Source of the DNA: Candidatus Heimdallarchaeota archaeon
GTDB lineage: Archaea; Asgardarchaeota; Heimdallarchaeia; Heimdallarchaeales; Heimdallarchaeaceae
Direction: 5' to 3'
DNA: 18,423 nt
Assembly: GCA_021399395.1 (NCBI GenBank)
Contig: JAAFKJ010000040.1
Location: 1 to 18,423, forward strand
The notes below the pieces were generated by a model. It did not search any database. It was not told the DNA's origin and saw only the letters and a list, made by a program, of their open reading frames with translations. A program made the translations under genes and the position numbers. Shown in pieces: positions 1 through 7,958 of this stretch (positions are counted from its first letter, which is position 1; the number at the start of each line of letters is the position of its first letter).

Positions 1-309
1 GAAACAAAAATCATCATTTCAGGCCATGATGAAGTAATGTATGATACCAAGCTAATCAAAAGCAATCTAGAATATCTAGAAGAATTAACTGTTGGTAAAG
101 TAGATAGATCGAATTTTACAAAGAAGCACAGAGGAATCCATTATCTTAACGTCTCACGATTGGGTGAGATGATGAAGGATGCAGAAGATTTTGAAAAAGC
201 AAGAATGTATTATGAAGAAACACTAGAACTTTTAGAAGAAGTGGAGAAAACTTTGGAAATTGAAGCTAAAATCGCTGAAATCTCCAAAATACTCAAAGAA
301 ATTGTATAA
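1..309 (+). CDS. C-terminal part of a probable MBL-fold metallo-hydrolase with a C-terminal TPR-like helical hairpin (5' truncated)
   Basis: Frame 1 is open from base 1 (ETKIIISGHDEVMYDTKLIKSNLEYLEEL). IISGH followed by a helix ending YL resembles the last MBL motif (IIPGH...YL). LGEMMKDAEDFEKARMYYEETLEL fits a TPR pattern. Confidence 0.5.
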   Translation, partial: ETKIIISGHDEVMYDTKLIKSNLEYLEELTVGKVDRSNFTKKHRGIHYLNVSRLGEMMKDAEDFEKARMYYEETLELLEEVEKTLEIEAKIAEISKILKEIV

Positions 310-377
310 ACAATGATTGTTGCAACTAATATTTTTAAAATAACATTAAATCAATTCTAATAAAGTATAAATACTAC

Positions 378-407
378 TTGTTTAATTCTTGTTTAATTCT
401 GTTAAAT
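378..407 (+). repeat. 11-bp tandem direct repeat (TTGTTTAATTC x2 plus a partial third copy) upstream of iorA; possible operator
   Basis: 378-388 and 389-399 are identical; 400-407 (TGTTAAAT) is a degenerate copy. It lies just downstream of the TATA-like AAAGTATAAAT at about 362-372. Confidence 0.45.
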
Positions 408-426
408 ATCGGTGCTGATAGTAAAA

Positions 427-2325
427 ATGACCTCTGTGAACAATGCTGGTGATAATGAAGAGATTCACACTAAAGAAACGCAATTATTGATGGGAAATAG
501 AGCTGTTGTGCAAGGACTTTTAGAAGCAAAAGTTGGTTTAACTACAGCATATCCAGGTACTCCAAGTACAGAAATACAGATGCAGTTGTACAAATTAAGT
601 AATAAAGGACAACTCTATTTTGAATTTTCTGTAAATGAAAAAGTTGCACTTGAAATTGCTGCTGCTTCTGCTTTATCTGGTGTAAGATCAGCTGTAATTA
701 TGAAACATGTAGGTTTGAATGTGGCCTCTGATCCCTTGATGGCACTAGCTTATTTTGGTGTAGTTGGGGGGATGGTTCTAGTTGTAGTTGATGACCCGGG
801 ATGCTTATCAAGTCAAAATGAACAAGATTCTAGATTTTGGGGAAAATTCTCTCATCTGCCTATTTTAGAACCTTCCACTTCTCAAGAAGTAAAAGATACA
901 ATAGTCAAAGCTTTTGAATTATCGGAAAGGTATAACTCGGTATTTATTGTTCGTTTAACCAATTATACTTCTTTGAATACTTCAGAAGTTGAAAAGAATG
1001 TTGTTGAGGAAAAAATGAATAAGGATGGAGAATTCTTCAAAGACGTTCGATATATTGTACCCGCAAGGTATGTCTATCACAAAGAATTACACGGTAAAAT
1101 CAAAGCTATTAGGGCAGATAAAGAGTTTTTAGGATTTAATGAGTTAAGATATTCTGATTCAAAATCTAATAAATTGATAGTAACTCAAGGGTCTATCTTT
1201 CCAATGGTGGAATATACTAGAAATTTTGGTAAACTAGATATAGCTATCCTAAAGGTAAGTGCTATTCATCCTTTGAGTGAAGAACAACTTTGCGAGATTA
1301 TTAAAAATTACAAATACATCTACTTTGTCGAAGAGCTAGAATCTTATTTGGAGGATGAAATTTCTGCAATTATTGCAAAAAACAATCTAAATGTGAAGAT
1401 TATTGGAAAGGAAAAATTACGAATTCCTCAAGAAAACAAAATTACTCCAGATGTTCTTCTAGAACCTTTCACACTAATTGCTGCTGACCCTGATGATGAA
1501 AATACTTTCAGGTATGAAGAGATACCACAATTACCTTTCGAGCCAGTCATTGGAAGAGAAGACTTGCTTCTTCCTAGAACCTTGCCTAGATTATGTGATG
1601 GTTGTTCTCATCGAGGAGCATTCTATTCAATAAAAAGAGCAACTAGTGTCTCCACACACATTTTACCATCTGATATAGGCTGCTATGCTCTAGGTCAAGT
1701 TTCTCCAATAGAGGTTGGTGATTTCTGGTTGTGCATGGGTGCAAGTATAGGAACTGCCATAGGATTTTCACTTACTAACAATAAACCAGTTATAGCAATT
1801 ATAGGCGATGGAACTTTCTTTCATGCAGGTATTCCTCCACTTATAGATGCTGTGCTCTATAATCATAATATCACAGTAGCAATTTTGAATAACCGATTAA
1901 CAGCAATGACGGGAGGACAACCTACTCCATCTTCTAATGAAGATTCGTCACAGAATCAAACCCCGGTTGATATAGAAGAACTAGTAAAAGCTATTGGTGT
2001 TAAGTGGGTCAAATCTGTTAGAGTAGAGGATGTTAAAGAAAATACAAAATTGGTTAGGGAGGCTATGGATTTTGAAGGTCCATCTGTAATGATATTTAAT
2101 GGTGAATGTGTAGTAGAACTCTATAAGCATGATTTCGATTTAGGAGAACCCCCATACGTAGATCAAGAAATCTGTAATCACTGTGGTATATGTTTTATCG
2201 AATTTGATTGTCCTTCAATTGTTAAAGTGGAAGGACGTATAGAGATTAAGGAAGAAACATGTTCAGCCTGTAACATATGCGTAAATGTTTGTCCTCAGGA
2301 GGCAATTATTCCTAGAAAGAAATAG
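427..2325 (+). CDS. iorA: Indolepyruvate:ferredoxin oxidoreductase alpha subunit
   Basis: Motifs YPGTPSTE, NEKVALE, MKHVGLNVA, SSQNEQD, LCxGCxHR, DIGCY, TPP-binding GDGTFFHAG...NNRLTAMTGGQ, and C-terminal ferredoxin Cys clusters (CNHCGIC...CP; CSACNICVNVCP). ATG 427 preferred over GTG 412. Confidence 0.95.
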   Translation: MTSVNNAGDNEEIHTKETQLLMGNRAVVQGLLEAKVGLTTAYPGTPSTEIQMQLYKLSNKGQLYFEFSVNEKVALEIAAASALSGVRSAVIMKHVGLNVASDPLMALAYFGVVGGMVLVVVDDPGCLSSQNEQDSRFWGKFSHLPILEPSTSQEVKDTIVKAFELSERYNSVFIVRLTNYTSLNTSEVEKNVVEEKMNKDGEFFKDVRYIVPARYVYHKELHGKIKAIRADKEFLGFNELRYSDSKSNKLIVTQGSIFPMVEYTRNFGKLDIAILKVSAIHPLSEEQLCEIIKNYKYIYFVEELESYLEDEISAIIAKNNLNVKIIGKEKLRIPQENKITPDVLLEPFTLIAADPDDENTFRYEEIPQLPFEPVIGREDLLLPRTLPRLCDGCSHRGAFYSIKRATSVSTHILPSDIGCYALGQVSPIEVGDFWLCMGASIGTAIGFSLTNNKPVIAIIGDGTFFHAGIPPLIDAVLYNHNITVAILNNRLTAMTGGQPTPSSNEDSSQNQTPVDIEELVKAIGVKWVKSVRVEDVKENTKLVREAMDFEGPSVMIFNGECVVELYKHDFDLGEPPYVDQEICNHCGICFIEFDCPSIVKVEGRIEIKEETCSACNICVNVCPQEAIIPRKK

Positions 2326-2334
2326 GTGAGAAAT

Positions 2335-2964
2335 ATGAGTCAGAACATAGATAATGAAAAACCGATCAACATTGCAATAATAGGTCTTGGAGGACAAGGA
2401 GTAATTACTCTCACCAAACTGATAGCTAACGTAAGCTTTGGACTAGGTAAGAAAGTATGTTACAATGAGATTCATGGACTATCTCAAAGAGGTGGCTCTG
2501 TTCAATCATTACTTCGAATAAATGAAGCTGAAAATCCTGTTTTCGCAGCCAAGGATGCTGATTACATAATCGGATTAGAAAAGTTAGAAACTCTTAGATA
2601 CTTATATCTGGCAAAGGGGTCGACAGCAAAGGTAATTATCACCAATAAATATCTTATCAGACCAACCTCAGATTTGGGATATGAGCAGTTCCCAGATGAG
2701 GATGCAATTATGCTAGAAATAAAGAAACACTCTTCTGAACTTTATCTTTTTGATGCTTTAGGGTTTGAAGAGAATACAAAAACAAAATTCAAACCACTAA
2801 ATGTAGCTGTTTTCTCAGCTATAACAACCTTTCAAGAATTAGGTTTACCAACTAATAAAGCAGAAAATCTAGTGAATGAATACCTTGGAAGAAACATGAT
2901 AATAAGACAGATTAACAAGAAAGCCTTTAAGGATGGTTCAAAATGGCTGAGGAAACTGGAGTGA
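2335..2964 (+). CDS. iorB: Indolepyruvate:ferredoxin oxidoreductase beta subunit
   Basis: GLGGQGVI and EIHGLSQRGGSV motifs; directly follows iorA; AGGTGA RBS precedes ATG 2335. Confidence 0.92.
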   Translation: MSQNIDNEKPINIAIIGLGGQGVITLTKLIANVSFGLGKKVCYNEIHGLSQRGGSVQSLLRINEAENPVFAAKDADYIIGLEKLETLRYLYLAKGSTAKVIITNKYLIRPTSDLGYEQFPDEDAIMLEIKKHSSELYLFDALGFEENTKTKFKPLNVAVFSAITTFQELGLPTNKAENLVNEYLGRNMIIRQINKKAFKDGSKWLRKLE

Positions 2965-2969
2965 ATGAA

Positions 2970-4007
2970 ATGAATGTTATAATAGTAGGACCTGGTGCGA
3001 TTGGTTGTGGTGCTGCAGCAACTATAGGAGACAATGATCATACAGTTTATCTTCTCGGTAGAGAATATCACAAAGAACACTTTTCCAAAAAACCTGTGTT
3101 TTACAAAGTAGGAGATAAAACTATTTCTGCAAAAATAAATCCTATAATTATGGATGATTTAAAAGGTGGATTTATCAAACCTGATGCTATTTTAATTACT
3201 CTAAAAGCAAATAGTACAATGGCTTTGGTTAAGGAAATGGAAGAATATCTTCCCTCTGAAACACCACTAATTTCTCTCCAGAATGGTTTTATTGCACAGG
3301 ATATTTTTGATAACACTTCGTTCAATAATGTCTTTGCTTGTGTTGTTGGTTTCAATAGTGTTCTTGAGGATACTGGTGTAGCAATTCAAACGACTGATGG
3401 TGATATGATTGTTGGTAAAATTAAATCAGAAAATACTGAAAATACCAAAGATGATATTCCCGGATTTATTCTTGATCTTCTAAATCACTTAATTGAAACT
3501 AAAGTTTCTCAAAATATCATTAGTGATGTCTGGATGAAGGTAATGATCAACTCAACAATAAATCCAATCTGTGCAATAGGTAATCTAACATTAGGAGAAT
3601 TAGGAATCTACGAACCTGGGCTCAAACTAGGTTTATGGACCTGGAGAGAGCTTGTTCATGTTGTTGATGCTTTAAAACTGCGGTTGAATCCTTTCCAAGG
3701 GATCTTACATCCAGAAATGTTGTATGTTTATGACATTGTGAGCTATGGTATAGCAAGAATGGTAATATGGAAGATGACTGGAGATAACAAAGATGCGGTT
3801 GTATCCATGCTTCAAGATGTAAGGAGTGGGCGTTCAACAGAAATTGACTATCTTAATGGAAAAATCTTCGAAATAGGAAGCGAATATGGCATAGAAATGC
3901 CTGTAAATCAGATTCTGATAGATACCATAAAACAAATCGAAAGAGGAGAACTAAAACCCTCTAAAGGATTGCTTAACAAACTATATAGAGACTACATTAT
4001 GAAATGA
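2970..4007 (+). CDS. panE: Ketopantoate reductase (PanE/ApbA) family 2-oxoacid reductase
   Basis: N-terminal GPGAIG Rossmann motif, TLKA, SLQNG, catalytic WMKVMINSTIN, and SMLQDVRSGRSTEIDYLNG. GGAGTG RBS precedes ATG 2970. Family is secure, substrate is not. Confidence 0.85.
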   Translation: MNVIIVGPGAIGCGAAATIGDNDHTVYLLGREYHKEHFSKKPVFYKVGDKTISAKINPIIMDDLKGGFIKPDAILITLKANSTMALVKEMEEYLPSETPLISLQNGFIAQDIFDNTSFNNVFACVVGFNSVLEDTGVAIQTTDGDMIVGKIKSENTENTKDDIPGFILDLLNHLIETKVSQNIISDVWMKVMINSTINPICAIGNLTLGELGIYEPGLKLGLWTWRELVHVVDALKLRLNPFQGILHPEMLYVYDIVSYGIARMVIWKMTGDNKDAVVSMLQDVRSGRSTEIDYLNGKIFEIGSEYGIEMPVNQILIDTIKQIERGELKPSKGLLNKLYRDYIMK

Positions 4008-4020
4008 GTTATTCTCAACT

Positions 4021-4042
4021 CTCTTTTTCTTTTAGTTTTTAT
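4021..4042 (+). terminator. Oligo-T tract, probable archaeal terminator of the ior-panE operon
   Basis: CTCTTTTTCTTTTAGTTTTTAT begins 14 nt after the stop codon. Confidence 0.5.
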
Positions 4043-4132
4043 GTTGAAATCCGGATATATTTTTGAACAGATAGGTCACACTTAAAAATGACTTAATTAA
4101 AATGTATTACTAAGTGCTCAAAAGTGGTTAAA

Positions 4133-4456
4133 ATGAAAATCGCAGAACTTAAACCTGATTCAAATTTTGACGAAATAAAAGTAAGAATATTATCTAAACA
4201 AGGTCCTAGAGAAGTGAATGCCAAAGGCAGAATGATGCAAGTTTGGGATATTTTGGTAGTTGATGATACAGGTACTACAACTCTAACTCTCTGGGGTGCT
4301 ACAGCTGCTGACAACTACAAAGTAGGTCAAGTAATAACCATAAACGATGGTTGGTGTAAGCAGTTTATGGATAAAAAACAGATATCCTTAGGACGAGGAG
4401 GAAAAATCTTCCCTGCAGACGATGATTCAAGTATTCCGACTAAACCCCCAGAATAA
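4133..4456 (+). CDS. ssb: Single-OB-fold single-stranded DNA-binding protein (crenarchaeal SSB / hSSB1-like)
   Basis: KIAELKP...IKVRIL...VVDDTGTTTLTLWG...GQVITINDGWCKQFMDKKQISLGRGGKI matches the Sulfolobus SSB pattern, including the W, W and F base-stacking aromatics. No long acidic tail. Confidence 0.88.
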   Translation: MKIAELKPDSNFDEIKVRILSKQGPREVNAKGRMMQVWDILVVDDTGTTTLTLWGATAADNYKVGQVITINDGWCKQFMDKKQISLGRGGKIFPADDDSSIPTKPPE

Positions 4457-4529
4457 ATTTTCTATTGCTTCTTCAAAAACAATTATATTTCCTCTTTCTT
4501 TTTGTTTTCATATCAAATGAAGTGAAAGA

Positions 4530-5603
4530 ATGAGTCAGATTATAATTAAAAGCCCAAACCCAGATGTTATTTGGAATTCATGGAAGCAAAAAGCTTCAAG
4601 AAGAAATATCAAACTTGAAAAACACTACAAAACTAAAGGGGCGGTGTTCTCTTTAGATAACATTACAGCTGCTGAATATGTGAAAGCTGTAAACAAAGCA
4701 GTAATTGTGTTTTATGAAGAAATATACGAAGCGAAACCATCCTCAACCAACAAAGTAATCAAAAAAGGGAATGTGAGATCTCTTCAAAAAGAACAATTCT
4801 ACGAATTCAAAACGGTAGCTGTGAAATCAGAATGGAAAGGTCCTGAAGATGTCTCCTATTTGAATTCTATTCAACAGTACAGTTGTACAACTTGTAATGG
4901 TTCAGGTGCAATCACCTGCTCGAAATGTAATGGTAGAAAAATGATTACGTGCTCGAATTGTAAAGGTACAACTGTTGGTTGTAAAACCTGTAAATCAACA
5001 GGTAAAACCACCATTAAGATTTCTGTCATTGATCAACAGAACAACAAGATGAACGTTGAGCAGACAGTTCCTTGTCCTTCTTGTTCTGGTTCAAAGCGAA
5101 TAGAATGTTATAAGTGCGGTGGTGTAGGGAAGGTCCCATGTGATTCCTGTCAAGCAGAAGGTTCGAAGCGATGCAAAGATTGTAGCGGTCATGGGGTCTT
5201 ATTCAAGTGGGTTGTTCAACCAGTTCCTTTCAAAGCAGAACGAAATGCTACTCCTGTTATTCTATCCACTACCAAACTCTCTGGATTTGAAAAAGAGATG
5301 GGTGCAGAAATTCAAAATGCAATAGAGAGAGTTGAAGGGATCGCACTCAGAGATCCATACAATGAATTGAATCAACGATTTATTGAACCTAGTTTGGGTT
5401 ATTATTCTAAAGAAGTAGATAAGATTGTTCACGAAACTCAAAAAAGCTGGAGAAATGCAGAGAAGAATAAGGATTATACAGTTAAAAAACCAGTTTATCT
5501 CTTCCCTCTAATAGTATTAGATTGTGAAACTGCTAAGGGAAAGAAATTTCAAGTATTTTCTATAGGTTCAGAAAGAGGATATCTGGTGTTTGGTAAGATT
5601 TAG
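4530..5603 (+). CDS. SSUH2-like protein with eight DnaJ-type CxxCxGxG zinc-binding repeats (no J-domain)
   Basis: CxxC motifs CTTC, CSKC, CSNC, CKTC, CPSC, CYKC, CDSC, CKDC. No HPD J-domain. C-terminus VYLFPLIVLDCETAKGKKFQVFSIGSERG resembles the SSUH2 C-terminus as I recall it. Confidence 0.7.
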   Translation: MSQIIIKSPNPDVIWNSWKQKASRRNIKLEKHYKTKGAVFSLDNITAAEYVKAVNKAVIVFYEEIYEAKPSSTNKVIKKGNVRSLQKEQFYEFKTVAVKSEWKGPEDVSYLNSIQQYSCTTCNGSGAITCSKCNGRKMITCSNCKGTTVGCKTCKSTGKTTIKISVIDQQNNKMNVEQTVPCPSCSGSKRIECYKCGGVGKVPCDSCQAEGSKRCKDCSGHGVLFKWVVQPVPFKAERNATPVILSTTKLSGFEKEMGAEIQNAIERVEGIALRDPYNELNQRFIEPSLGYYSKEVDKIVHETQKSWRNAEKNKDYTVKKPVYLFPLIVLDCETAKGKKFQVFSIGSERGYLVFGKI

Positions 5604-5627
5604 AGGGTTTAAATAAACTCCTTTTCC

Positions 5628-5975
5628 TTAACAATTCAGGTGGAATGCTCCTGCAACTTTAACACCTTTTTCTGCAAGCTCATTAAATTTCTTCATGGCT
5701 TGAGTGGATTTTTCTATAATAACAGTGATTTCTTTAGCATTTAGCTCTTTTATTAACTCTTCTGGGATATCTACCAAACCAAACATGCCTGAACCTACAA
5801 CTAAGGTTTCTATTTCTTTTTCCATTAGAATTTCTAAGTCTTTTAAGTGAAGAGAATGTCCTTTCTTTCTTCTCCAATTAGTTTCAATAGAATCGGTGAA
5901 AATTATCAAGTCTGAGGTGTAGGATTTACCATTGATTACCATTTTACCAAATTTATATTTTTCTATAATATTCAT
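5628..5975 (-). CDS. Mth938-like domain protein (AAMDC/NDUFAF3 family)
   Basis: IEKYKFGKMVINGKSYTSDLII, WRRKKGHSL, LVVGSGMFG, and the characteristic C-terminal GAFHLNC. Confidence 0.9.
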   Translation of the reverse strand: MNIIEKYKFGKMVINGKSYTSDLIIFTDSIETNWRRKKGHSLHLKDLEILMEKEIETLVVGSGMFGLVDIPEELIKELNAKEITVIIEKSTQAMKKFNELAEKGVKVAGAFHLNC

Positions 5976-6048
5976 TTTGAAAAGAATTAATATACGATTA
6001 TACTGAAATAAAAACTTATAGAAAAAAATAAAGATTGAATATAAGACA

Positions 6049-6132
6049 CTAATTTTTAGTTGCTTTTTTTTGTCCTTTTGGTGCTCTTGTGATAGAGGTT
6101 TTCTTTTGTTTGCTTGTTTTCTTCTTTGCCAT
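6049..6132 (-). CDS. 27-aa lysine-rich basic micropeptide MAKKKTSKQKKTSITRAPKGQKKATKN (not in ORF track)
   Basis: ATG at 6132, TAG at 6051-6049, GAGG RBS 7 nt upstream, and a T-tract on the minus strand at about 6021-6030. Contains 10 K and 1 R with no acidic residues. Confidence 0.5.
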   Translation of the reverse strand: MAKKKTSKQKKTSITRAPKGQKKATKN

Positions 6133-6169
6133 TTTCATTCCTCATATCAATCTTTTCGGTCCAGCTCTT

Positions 6170-6303
6170 CTAATTGTATTCGTCTTCGTCAAATTCTTCA
6201 TAGGAATCTTCATCGTCTTCGTCGTCATCCCATTTTTCTTTGAACCAATTGTCTTCTTCATCGACTGGTTGTTTCTTATTTCTAGATTTGCATTTACAGC
6301 CAT
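6170..6303 (-). CDS. Small highly acidic peptide (...KSRNKKQPVDEEDNWFKEKWDDDEDDEDSYEEFDEDEYN); start uncertain
   Basis: Strongly protein-like D/E/W/F/Y composition ending in TAG at 6170. There is no nearby in-frame start: ATG 6303 is in another open frame (6142-6303), and the nearest in-frame TTG (6362) lies in promoter-like DNA. Confidence 0.4.
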
Positions 6304-6393
6304 TTTTGCTGATTTTGAGAAAATCTAAAAAAATGGTATATAATGAAATGTTTAAATTCAAATTGATAGATAAATGATTGCTGGCGGAAAGTA

Positions 6394-7089
6394 GTGAAAA
6401 TAAAACTGAGACCACCTAATGAATGGGGTTATTATCTTAACCCAGAAACATTCGAAATTAGAGAGACAATAGGAGATATTCCTAACAATGTTTTAGTAGT
6501 AATTCGAAAAAAAGAATATAGAGCAGAAATAAGTAGATCAGTTTTTAGAACCTTTTATGCAACAATTTCCAATAATATGTTAGTATACCTCTCGAAAAAA
6601 GACACTGCTAAGAAACTTACTAAGCTTTGTGTTCAATTTATGCTTGAAAAGGGAGAAATTCCTCCTAGGGTAATTATTGATCAAAAAAGGATTGAAAATA
6701 AGCCTTTTGAGCTTATTTTTCATTTCAGAACATTTGCGACCTTTCCATTGAAATTCTCTGATAACATATTTGAAGATGAAGAACAAAAAGAACATATTAC
6801 AACTCTTATTAATAGTATCAAAACTGATTTTATCAAATCTAGAGAAGATAATTCTTGGTATATTGAATATGCACCAAATGGAAGAACTCTTTGTAAAAAG
6901 TGTAAGAAACAAATTAAATACAAGGAAATGAGAATTACTGAAATCTTTAGTAAGATAGAGCAGAAGGATCAACGGTTCTATCATTTCAAGTGTACAGACT
7001 GGTCCAAACTTACTTCAAACCTTGTTAAAGGAATAGATAAATTGACTGAAGACGATCAAAATCAAGTAAAAAAGAAACTCAAGCATTAA
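6394..7089 (+). CDS. Protein with an unknown N-terminal domain and a C-terminal PARP-type zinc finger
   Basis: YIEYAPNGRTLCKKCKKQI...MRI...FYHFKC...KGIDKLTEDDQNQVKKKL gives C-x2-C-x26-H-x2-C plus the trailing helix typical of zf-PARP. Confidence 0.82.
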   Translation: MKIKLRPPNEWGYYLNPETFEIRETIGDIPNNVLVVIRKKEYRAEISRSVFRTFYATISNNMLVYLSKKDTAKKLTKLCVQFMLEKGEIPPRVIIDQKRIENKPFELIFHFRTFATFPLKFSDNIFEDEEQKEHITTLINSIKTDFIKSREDNSWYIEYAPNGRTLCKKCKKQIKYKEMRITEIFSKIEQKDQRFYHFKCTDWSKLTSNLVKGIDKLTEDDQNQVKKKLKH

Positions 7090-7114
7090 TCGAATTTCTT
7101 GACTTTTTCATTGA

Positions 7115-7132
7115 CAAAGTATTATATATAGA
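7115..7132 (+). promoter_or_regulatory. BRE/TATA-like promoter of the stomatin-HPS unit
   Basis: CAAAGTATTATATATAGA lies about 45-60 nt upstream of ATG 7175, and an AGGAG RBS sits at about 7160. Confidence 0.45.
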
Positions 7133-7174
7133 TTCTATCAATATTTCTTTGAAAATTCAAAGGAGTTAAAAAAA

Positions 7175-7945
7175 ATGGCCGAATTATGGTGGATAGGTAT
7201 AGTTGTAGGAGTACTCGCATTTTTCTTTGCTATCTGGTTCCTTTCAGGCATCAGAGTTGTACTTGAATACGAAAGAATTGTTGTATTCCGATTAGGAAGA
7301 TACAAACGAACAATGGGACCGGGAATAGTTTATGTTCTTCCCATCTTAGAAAAAGCTAGAAAAGTTGATTTAAGGATTATAACTCAAGACATTCCTAGAC
7401 AAGAAGTTATGACTCGAGATAATATTCCAGTTTTAGCTAATACAGTTGTATATTTCAAAGTTGAACGTCCTGAAGATGCAGTGATTAAAATTGAGAATTA
7501 TGTATACGCAGTTAGACAATACACTCAAGCAGCTCTAAGAGACACAATGGGAACAATGGAACTTGATCAAGTGCTTATTGAAAGAGATAAAATTGCTCAA
7601 GATATTAGAAATATTGTTGATAAAGAAACCAGTGAATGGGGTATTGATATCAAAGGCATTAAGATACAAGAGCTTGAACTTCCTGCAGAGATGAAAAGAG
7701 CATTTGCAATGCAAGCTGAAGCAGAAAGAGAAAAAAGAGCTGCAATAATTAAATCAGAAGGTGAACTTCAAGCAGCATCAAATCTTGCAGAAGCAGCAGG
7801 TAAACTTGCAGGTAATCTAGGAGCTATGCAATTAAGAACTTTGCAGACTATTAGAGATATATCTCAAGATCCAAGCGAGAAAATTGTTATCTTCATGCCT
7901 AGTGATTTAACAGAAGTTGCTAAGAAAGTTGTAGGTAAGAAATAA
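7175..7945 (+). CDS. SPFH/band 7 stomatin-like (slipin) membrane protein
   Basis: N-terminal hydrophobic segment, EYERIVVFRLGR, GPG, VDLR, QEVMTRDN, WGI, AMQAEAEREKRA, SEGE, AMQLRTLQT. Confidence 0.95.
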   Translation: MAELWWIGIVVGVLAFFFAIWFLSGIRVVLEYERIVVFRLGRYKRTMGPGIVYVLPILEKARKVDLRIITQDIPRQEVMTRDNIPVLANTVVYFKVERPEDAVIKIENYVYAVRQYTQAALRDTMGTMELDQVLIERDKIAQDIRNIVDKETSEWGIDIKGIKIQELELPAEMKRAFAMQAEAEREKRAAIIKSEGELQAASNLAEAAGKLAGNLGAMQLRTLQTIRDISQDPSEKIVIFMPSDLTEVAKKVVGKK

Positions 7946-7958
7946 GAGGCGAGAGCTT

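Noticed and set aside
4530-5603. Annotation as dnaJ
   Set aside because: No J-domain or HPD motif, no G/F region, eight rather than four CxxC motifs, and no dnaK or grpE nearby.
6089-6328. 79-aa hydrophobic plus-strand ORF resembling a membrane protein
   Set aside because: Its F/I/V richness is the antisense shadow of the K/E/D-rich minus-strand frames, and it has no convincing RBS.
6394-7089. A PARP enzyme
   Set aside because: Only the zinc finger is present; no ADP-ribosyltransferase catalytic domain is recognisable in the window.
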